From assembly GCA_023150835.1 (NCBI GenBank), contig JAKLKB010000020.1, forward strand, positions 1 through 64,000: a stretch of 64,000 bases of DNA, read 5' to 3'. Position numbers and translations under genes: made by a program. Numbering within the stretch: position 1 is the first letter of the stretch; every line of letters starts with the position of its first letter. Under the pieces are notes generated by a model. That model was not told the DNA's origin. It did not search any database and saw only the letters and a program-made list of their open reading frames with translations. Positions 58,501-64,000 of this stretch are shown in pieces. The stretch is from Myxococcota bacterium (GTDB lineage Bacteria; Myxococcota_C; UBA6777).

Positions 58501-61500
58501 CGCCTCGCCGAAGAAAACGATGCGTGGGAAGAACTCGTCGGTGTCTACGAAGACAAGGTCGAAGACATCGGCGATATCCAACTCGCCCTGCGGATGTACC
58601 TCAAGATCGCCAACATCTACGACGAAGCGCTTCAAGATCCCGAAGAAGCCATCAAAAACTACTGCAACGCCCTGAAACTCGACGAGCACAACAACGTCGC
58701 TCTCAACGCCTTGGATCGCCTCTATCGCCAAGAGCGCCAATGGGAACAACTCGTCGATATCCTTCAACGCAAGGTCTACACCAGCGCAGACACCCGCGAA
58801 CAAGTCACCTTGCTTTCTCGCGTCGCGCAGATCTGGGAACGTGAACTCGAAAACCCCAGCGAGGCCATCGGCGCATACCGCCGTATCCTCGAAGTCGACA
58901 GCCAAAACGCAAACGCCCTCTCCTCGCTCCAACGGCTCTACGAAGAAGACCAACAATGGGAAAACCTCTTCGAGATCTGCCAACGAAAAGTCGGCCTTGT
59001 CGACGCCGTCTCCGAACGCGCCAAGCTCACCAAACAAATGGCGCAGATCTGTGCCCTACATCTCGGTCGAACTGCCGAAGCCATCGAGCTTCACGAAAGT
59101 GTCCTAGCGACCTCCGAGCGCGACGAAGAGAGCTTGACAGCCCTCCACACCCTCTATGAACAAACCGAACGATGGGATGCGTTGGTCAACATCGTGCAGC
59201 GTCTTCTCAAAGTCGTGTCGGGTGTGGAAAAGAAAAAAGACTTTTACCGAACCCTCGGCCGTACCTACGGCGAACGCCTGTTTGAAGAAGAAAAAGCCAT
59301 TGAAGGCTGGCAAAAAGTCCTTGAACTCGATCCCAAAGATCGAGATGCCCTCGAAGCCCTCCAACGTATCTACGCCAACCGCGAAGAGTGGCAAAACCTC
59401 GTGGGGATCTTGCGCCGCCTGATCCCGCTTCAAACCGAACCCGCCCAAACCTTGGAGATCTACCTGCGCCTTGCCTCGATCTACCAAGAAAAAATGAACC
59501 GCCTTGAAGACGCGATCGCCTCTTGGCGCCGCGTCTTGGAGATCGATCCAACCCACTGGCAAGCCCTTGATACGTTGGAAAATCTGTTGATCGAGCGCAA
59601 CGATTGGCGCGCAGTCCTCGGCATCTTGGAAAAGAAGGAAGCTGTGGTTCAAGACAACTTCTCCAAGATCGAACTCTTGATGCGCGCCGCACAGATCTGC
59701 CAAGAGCGCCTGCGCGAGATCAACCGCTCCACACCTTACTACGAACGCATCCTCGAGTTCGATCCCACTTACCTCCGAGCCGTCGAAGCCTTGGGCTCGA
59801 TCTACACGCGCAACCAAGATTGGAAAAAGCTGGTCAACATCTTCAACATCGAAGTCAACTTGTTTGAAGAGAAAAGCCAAAAGCTTGAAAAGCTGAAAGC
59901 CATCGCAGAGTTGTACGAAAATCGCCTCTTCAACAAGGCCGAATCGTTCAACACGCTGTTGCGCGCCTTCCAGATCGATCCTGAACAAGACGAGATCCGC
60001 ACGCGCTTGGAACGTATCGCGGACGAAACCGACCGTTGGAACGACCTTGTTGGCGTCTTCGCCCAAGAGATCGATCGCATCGAATTCTTTGACACCAAGA
60101 TCGCTCTCCTGATGCGCATCGGCCACATCTACCACGTCGAGCTTCGCGAAAGCGAACCCGCGATCGTGGCCTACCAAAAGATCATGCTGATCGATGAAAA
60201 CCATCGCCAAAGCATTGAGGCGCTCGAAGAACTCTACGACGAAACTGAGCGCTGGCCCGAACTGATCGCCATATACAACAAAAAGCTCCAGATCACGCAC
60301 GAGATCGAAGAACAAAAAGATCTGCTCTTCCGCATCGCCGAGTTGCAAGAGTACCAACAAGGCGATCGCGTCGCAGCCATCGAGGCTTACCGTCAGATCC
60401 AAGCCCTCGATCCAAGCGATCGCGCTGCACTCGAAGCTCTCGAAAAACTCTACCGCGAAGAACAACGCTGGCCCGAACTGATCGACGTGTTGAATCGACG
60501 CATCCAACAAAGCACCGATCAAAAACAGATCTTCCGTATGAAGTTCGAGGTCGGTTCGATCTACGCCAACAAGCTCGAAGAACTCAATCTTGCGGTCGAT
60601 GCTTATCGCGACGTTCTCAGCATGGACCCCAACAACCTCGACGCGATGCACGCGCTTGAGCGGCTGTACACCGATCTCGAAGACTGGAATTCGCTTCTTC
60701 AGATCCTCCATCGCGAGCTTGAGATCAGTACCCGCCCCGAAGAAAAAGTCCCGCTGTATGGCCGCATGGGATTGATTTGGGAAGAAGAACTCGGTCAGCC
60801 CGGTCGCGCCATCGAATGCTTGACCTACATCCTCGAAGTCGATCGCTGGAATATCGGTGCCATCAAAGATCTCGAACGGCTTTATCGCCAAGCCCAAGAA
60901 TGGCAACGCTTGATCGAGATCTACGAACAACACATCCGCGCCATCAACGACCTCGAAGAGATGGCGATGCTCTACTACGAAGTGGGTTCGATCTACGAAA
61001 CCTACATGGGCGATGTAGACAAAGCCACAACCTACTACCTCCGCGTTCTTGATGCGGATCCGTACTACCAACCCGCACTCTCCTCGCTTGGAAAGATCTA
61101 CGAATCCGTCGGAAACTGGCCCAAATGCATCGAGATGAGAGAGCGCGAAGCCAAGGTCGCCAACGAACCCGAGCGCCTCGTCGAAGTGTACTTCAGCATC
61201 GGCAAGATCTACGAAGAGCGCCTCGTTCAAATCGACCGCGCCAAAGAAAGCTACCGCAAAGCACTCGAGATCCAACCCAACTATCTCCCCGCTCTGCGCG
61301 CACTCAAGGTGATCCACTTCTTGCAACGCGACTGGGAAGGCGTGATCCGACTTGCCCACATGCAAGAGCAATTCACCGATGCACCCGAAGAAAAAGCGAT
61401 CCTCTTCTGTGAAATCGGAAAGATCTCCCGAGAACGCCTCTCCAATATGCCCAACGCCATCCAAAGCTACGCCCAAGCCCTTCATTTGGTCCCGGGCTAC

Positions 61501-63663
61501 CTCAACGCTGCCAAGCCACTCGCCGAACTCTACATGGAAGCCAAGCGATGGGCAGAAGCAGAGCAAGTCTTGGATATCGTGGTACAAGTCCTCCAACAAA
61601 ACGAACTCAGCGAGGATCTCTATCTCTGGTATTACCAACTGGCCCTTGCTTCCGAGAAACAAGACAATATCCAAAAGGCACTCTACTACTACCAAGAGTC
61701 CTATAACCTCAACCCGACCCACTTCCCCACCCTCAACGGTCTTGGTCGGATCTACTACACCAAACAAGAGTGGGATCGTTCGCTCAAGGTCTACCAAACC
61801 ATCCTGTACCACCACCGCGCACAGCTTTCTGAACGCGATCTCAGCGAAGTGTATTATCGGATGGGTCTGGCTTTTGACCAAATGCAGCAGCCCGAACAAG
61901 CGATCGAGTACTACGAACAAGCCCTTGAGATCGACCCCGCCAACCCCCTCGTGTTGCGCCGCCTCTCCCAATACGCCGAATATCAGCAAGATTGGGAACG
62001 CACCCTCGAACTCAAAGAACGCCTCCTGCTCGTTCTCGAAGAAGAAGAAGAACGCTACCAAATCAATATTGAACTGGGTACTTTGTGCCAAGAACGCCTT
62101 GGCCGCTTGCACCAAGCTGTCGACTTCTTCCGTCAAGCCTTCAATCTCAAGCCCGAAGACCTCAATCTCCTCTACAAATTGCTCGGCCTCTACCAAGAAA
62201 CCGAACAATGGTACGAGATGATCGAGACTTTGGAGATCTTGATCCAAGCGACCCAAGAACTGGAGCAACAGCTTCAGTACGTCTATCAGATCGCCGAGAT
62301 CTACCAATCGCGTCTCCAAGACGTCGACAACGCGGTCGGATACTACAACAAAGCCTTGGATATGCACCCCGGCTATGATCCGGCCTTCCAAGCCCTCGAA
62401 CAGTTGTTGTTCCACATCCAAGACTGGGCCCGACTCGACGAAAACTACCGCCAGATGTTGCGACGCCTTCCCCAAGACGACAGCCAACCCGAGCGCAAGC
62501 TCGAGATCTGGCGCAAGTTGGGTGAGTTGTACCGCTACAAGCTCAACAATCTCGACAACGCCGTCATGGCCTATGAGATCGTCTACCAACTCGAACCCAA
62601 TGTCCCCAACTTGGAGATCCTCGCCGATCTTTACGGACAAAGCGAAAACTATCGCCCCAAAGCCGTCGAGATCCATCACAAGCTGTTGCTCCAAAACCCC
62701 GCACGCATCGATTCGTACAAATCGCTGATCCGACTCTACTACGAACTCCAACAATACGACCGTTCCTTCGCGGTTTGCTCGACACTCAAGTTCTTGCGCG
62801 AAACCTCTGCCGAAGAGGATCAGTTCTACAACAGCATGAAAGAGAAAGCCCCCGACCGCATCACTCGTGCCTTCCGCGAAGAAGAAACGTGGCGCGAACT
62901 CCTCTTCCATCCCAGCGCAAAAACACCGCTGGCCGATATCATGGCGATCCTTTACCAATTCTGCGGAACCAGCTTCGCCAAAAGCACCAAAGAATACAAA
63001 ATCAAAAAGACCGATCGCGTCGACCCAAGCCTCTTCTTCTCCCGTACCTACGACTACGTCGCCAAGGTACTCAACCTTCAGCCCCAAGAAGTCTACACAA
63101 GCACCCTTGTTTCGGGCTTGCGCGTGGTCAACACCTTCCCGCCTGTGATCTTGGCTGGCGAAGATATGTTCAAAGAACGCCATCCCAAAGAGCTTTTGTT
63201 CATGATCGCACGCCAGATCACGCTTTCTCGCCCTGAGTTCATCTTTGCATCTGTCCTCTCTTATCAAGAGTTCCGTGCGTTGCTGTCCTCGCTCTTCCAT
63301 ATGTACAACGCGAACTTCCCGCTCGAAGTCCCTCAAGACGTCGCGCAACAGATCCAAGGCCGCATCTCCAAAACCTTGCCCGCAGATCGCCAAGGGCAGC
63401 TCACCCAACTGATCCAAGCCTGTATGCAAGATCCCAACGCCATGAACCCAGACCGTTTCCTCGAAGGCATCGAGCATACCGCCAACCGCGTTGGTTTTGC
63501 CCTCGCTGGCGATATGAACATCTCCTCCAAAGTCTGCGAACGCGAAGGCCGCGATGACTTCAAAGTCGCCCACCGCGCCAAAGTCAAAGAGCTCGTCCTT
63601 TACTCGATCTCCGAAGAATACTTCACCTTCCGCGATCGCCAAGGACTTGCCGTCAAACTCTAA
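52519..63663 (+). CDS. Giant TPR-repeat protein (~3,714 aa), AgmK/GltI-like myxobacterial scaffold
   Basis: Dozens of YxxxLxxDPxxxxAxxALxxLYxxxxxW repeats; RBS AGGAG before ATG 52519; degenerate M48-like C-terminal region. Orthology to AgmK is inferred from size and repeat type only. Confidence 0.85.
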   Translation: MSVEEIQNYLRILEAVPTNVPAFEALKQIYTEHQRWEELAQLVEDRAERLPDRSQAPALYLQAANTWFHKEQNTERAKKTITKVLELIPNERNALALWRELATFEGDFATAIKILRQEIQITEDAREKSKRFVDIAKIFEEHMDNQEHAAMAYHQAFLQDPENLGPMEQALRLYRSRGDWQRVIAVLRARLEKVSEASNKARLMFQIGQIFIQHLDEGKTPEGLAKAAQLFREALNLDPDLDDFDNALELYKDNKEWSQVTALLRAKLEVVTENTKKARLLLELGNVILQHLEEGQTPEGQQKASQFFQKALEFDPSLNEAKEAIEELSYATEDWSSLLKRLKKDIRDAGKDEDRAAFLNYKIAEGYLLREDKPAYAVRYCKQALELQPNHTKSQDLLQRLYADLERWEALADFFNDCTKTALDAPAKVKWLKKLARLYREQTKEREREIETLERILDILPTERETLQHLENIYRDNGQYSRALEVMDKRLKTFEESAAKKTLLYEMATLANKELQDSTRAAGYYERILSLDPDEMDAIDALLPLYEAEARWENLIQGLKRKLERTEDRHARATMLTRVGDIYAQRLALSKEAFDAYTQALRENPQDSDLTQKLEALARQIGNWEEMVALYRNTLESANDPADQAALYFRIGDIYERELQDVEQAKASYEEALERAPQLGAMNALQRLYRQSEDWTSLAELLQEKSKNDNLDEDQRIEVFEELARIQLNYIDDADGAAETYEKLLDASPSYGPALEALERVYKQNENWAKLRGVYQRRVDNPNSESELKSTLHILGSLLIEQLDAFEDAVQVYQQLRVLDPNDLSILTRLEGLYRDLGQWEQWVDTARQRAESIRRPEQKKEVLLEIAKIQEEELDDSVGAIAVLRELHEIDSQDIKILDELERLLEVEDDKAGQLEILRKKVNLQQNANEKKVLLFRVADLHRALDNESDMAEAYREILDIDPRDLRSLRSLQAYNQLQGDHEGVLDLLLRERDIVTEDADRSRLTQRIAQLQANLGRYEDAIIEYRQILAQNNNDNQARTALEEIATKHAGWRVEALQVLEPIYRAAQDWEALVKALEARFQVVHDKAQRLDMARELEEIYRRLSDDEKAFYWSCQLLREDFADTEMRERVEMMADEMERWDELLVVYEDIVRSFVDRQQIVETYLFIARNYQDRLSQPENALRNYRRVLDYDSNNPEAIDALEELYRALGQWRDLIDILRMRVEMTAAVDEKKELLFEVADLWEDKLQDPPEAIQVFNDILELQNNNLTAIRRLAALYERESRYTDLAETWEKELSLLDNEEELLSLRFNLGQLYADHLNRIEDSLKMMQQVLEVDPEHQEAIQRVHALREEDAYRLICARILEPIYLHQENYPELKAIYKIQLEDASQNANDRRKALMRLGQLHEEKLGEFREAFDRYLQVFKETPGQHGTRKALLRMSEKLDAWRELALNFENGVDACEDSEEKIQIHLDLARIYRERLHDPDRGMNHDRRVVDDLDSKNLQAIEALEDFYQERENWHSLIDILFQKEQALHDEVLKKGVFNQIANIYENQLSDKYQAILILRQYLSRLETQDPGPAPVEIALREAKERETKLQQENQELIDAVEMAREQLSSLENQAEEAEASLKEYRDIVAESMRTPEEDAEVERTEAAWKQTQAALAKAEESAAARIAHANALAAELQSLEEAAEPDVDAIAVKTGEVADATEAVEAADHQIEEARYIAQAARTAYEDAQTAKAAASAAGPSSDQASELKRLESMHRMVQQAQEAKAAELREMQEQLDQAEVKEAEAAEAVRTAEQAMEAAAEQIQTILEQRTAFKLDTIQELARLFEEEERWADLVEILEKEVELLAEPEEALRLRFRIAQLWQDQLHDVPRSIRLYREILNDDPDFESALQVMEELSENEDYQLMVAESLESYFREGRQDWTRLIEMVEIQLNHTAESEKRLAFLKEIVALYELELDNTDMAFVYLCRAFREAPTDRDVISELERLAEENDAWEELVGVYEDKVEDIGDIQLALRMYLKIANIYDEALQDPEEAIKNYCNALKLDEHNNVALNALDRLYRQERQWEQLVDILQRKVYTSADTREQVTLLSRVAQIWERELENPSEAIGAYRRILEVDSQNANALSSLQRLYEEDQQWENLFEICQRKVGLVDAVSERAKLTKQMAQICALHLGRTAEAIELHESVLATSERDEESLTALHTLYEQTERWDALVNIVQRLLKVVSGVEKKKDFYRTLGRTYGERLFEEEKAIEGWQKVLELDPKDRDALEALQRIYANREEWQNLVGILRRLIPLQTEPAQTLEIYLRLASIYQEKMNRLEDAIASWRRVLEIDPTHWQALDTLENLLIERNDWRAVLGILEKKEAVVQDNFSKIELLMRAAQICQERLREINRSTPYYERILEFDPTYLRAVEALGSIYTRNQDWKKLVNIFNIEVNLFEEKSQKLEKLKAIAELYENRLFNKAESFNTLLRAFQIDPEQDEIRTRLERIADETDRWNDLVGVFAQEIDRIEFFDTKIALLMRIGHIYHVELRESEPAIVAYQKIMLIDENHRQSIEALEELYDETERWPELIAIYNKKLQITHEIEEQKDLLFRIAELQEYQQGDRVAAIEAYRQIQALDPSDRAALEALEKLYREEQRWPELIDVLNRRIQQSTDQKQIFRMKFEVGSIYANKLEELNLAVDAYRDVLSMDPNNLDAMHALERLYTDLEDWNSLLQILHRELEISTRPEEKVPLYGRMGLIWEEELGQPGRAIECLTYILEVDRWNIGAIKDLERLYRQAQEWQRLIEIYEQHIRAINDLEEMAMLYYEVGSIYETYMGDVDKATTYYLRVLDADPYYQPALSSLGKIYESVGNWPKCIEMREREAKVANEPERLVEVYFSIGKIYEERLVQIDRAKESYRKALEIQPNYLPALRALKVIHFLQRDWEGVIRLAHMQEQFTDAPEEKAILFCEIGKISRERLSNMPNAIQSYAQALHLVPGYLNAAKPLAELYMEAKRWAEAEQVLDIVVQVLQQNELSEDLYLWYYQLALASEKQDNIQKALYYYQESYNLNPTHFPTLNGLGRIYYTKQEWDRSLKVYQTILYHHRAQLSERDLSEVYYRMGLAFDQMQQPEQAIEYYEQALEIDPANPLVLRRLSQYAEYQQDWERTLELKERLLLVLEEEEERYQINIELGTLCQERLGRLHQAVDFFRQAFNLKPEDLNLLYKLLGLYQETEQWYEMIETLEILIQATQELEQQLQYVYQIAEIYQSRLQDVDNAVGYYNKALDMHPGYDPAFQALEQLLFHIQDWARLDENYRQMLRRLPQDDSQPERKLEIWRKLGELYRYKLNNLDNAVMAYEIVYQLEPNVPNLEILADLYGQSENYRPKAVEIHHKLLLQNPARIDSYKSLIRLYYELQQYDRSFAVCSTLKFLRETSAEEDQFYNSMKEKAPDRITRAFREEETWRELLFHPSAKTPLADIMAILYQFCGTSFAKSTKEYKIKKTDRVDPSLFFSRTYDYVAKVLNLQPQEVYTSTLVSGLRVVNTFPPVILAGEDMFKERHPKELLFMIARQITLSRPEFIFASVLSYQEFRALLSSLFHMYNANFPLEVPQDVAQQIQGRISKTLPADRQGQLTQLIQACMQDPNAMNPDRFLEGIEHTANRVGFALAGDMNISSKVCEREGRDDFKVAHRAKVKELVLYSISEEYFTFRDRQGLAVKL

Positions 63664-64000
63664 CCCTTCTCTCCACCCGCACTTCCTCCTCCCTTTTTGC
63701 TCTCTTTCCCCTCCTCAACAGAATGCTTGACAGCACACCTGCTCTGTCTATACTCTCATCCAACAAAAACAATGCCCCCCCCACGGTGGGCCTCTTGCTT
63801 TTTTGTTGAAGCAACGAGATCCTTGATTACGACACATCCACTCCAATCCATCGAAGGAACGGAGTTGACGAATACGGTTGACCAAGTTCCCCTGCCCGGT
63901 GCGTGATTGATGCAGAGAGTTTCGAACCAATGTGTAGAAAAAAGGGAGCGCAAGTTGGTTGAGAAGATGACACCACACGAAAGTGTTGGATGACGCCGAG

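Noticed and set aside
59104-63642. Long antisense ORFs (1512 aa here; also 56689..59037, 26747..28033, 33588..34856, 46653..48188)
   Set aside because: They are shadow frames of well-supported genes, explained by codon bias, and contain no recognisable motifs
63697-64000. Short ORFs at the window end
   Set aside because: Short, with no motifs or clear RBS; probably intergenic

Overview
About 53% GC bacterial DNA (estimated by eye). The gene content is typical of Myxococcota: FHA proteins, a Hanks-type Ser/Thr kinase, an FHA-fused sigma54 activator, Cys-rich lipoproteins, a pilotin-like TPR lipoprotein and a 3,700-aa TPR protein. The taxon is inferred from gene content only. Main highlight: a two-gene microviridin-type graspetide (ATP-grasp RiPP) locus at 26.8-29.1 kb. 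Its ~409-aa precursor has a PFFERFL leader motif and 13 tandem cores of three kinds (TTMRYPSDNEG x8, TTKRYPSDSEG x2, VTMAYPSDAEG x3). Both lactam partners (Lys6, Glu13) are replaced in every core and only the ester-forming MdnC/MvdD ligase is present, so lactone-only bicyclic products are predicted. Second highlight: a eukaryote-like two-subunit ATP-citrate lyase followed by a 579-aa isocitrate dehydrogenase-family protein. Its small domain is duplicated and the active-site residues are split between the two copies, suggesting a single-chain pseudo-dimer. Also present: an ECF sigma/anti-sigma/L,D-transpeptidase/RseP cluster, an Omp85/BamA homologue, a thermonuclease, an Mla (MCE) transporter operon, two apparent pseudoenzymes (trypsin-like and class III cyclase), tRNA-Gly(CCC), and about six intergenic ~113-bp MITE/REP-like elements.
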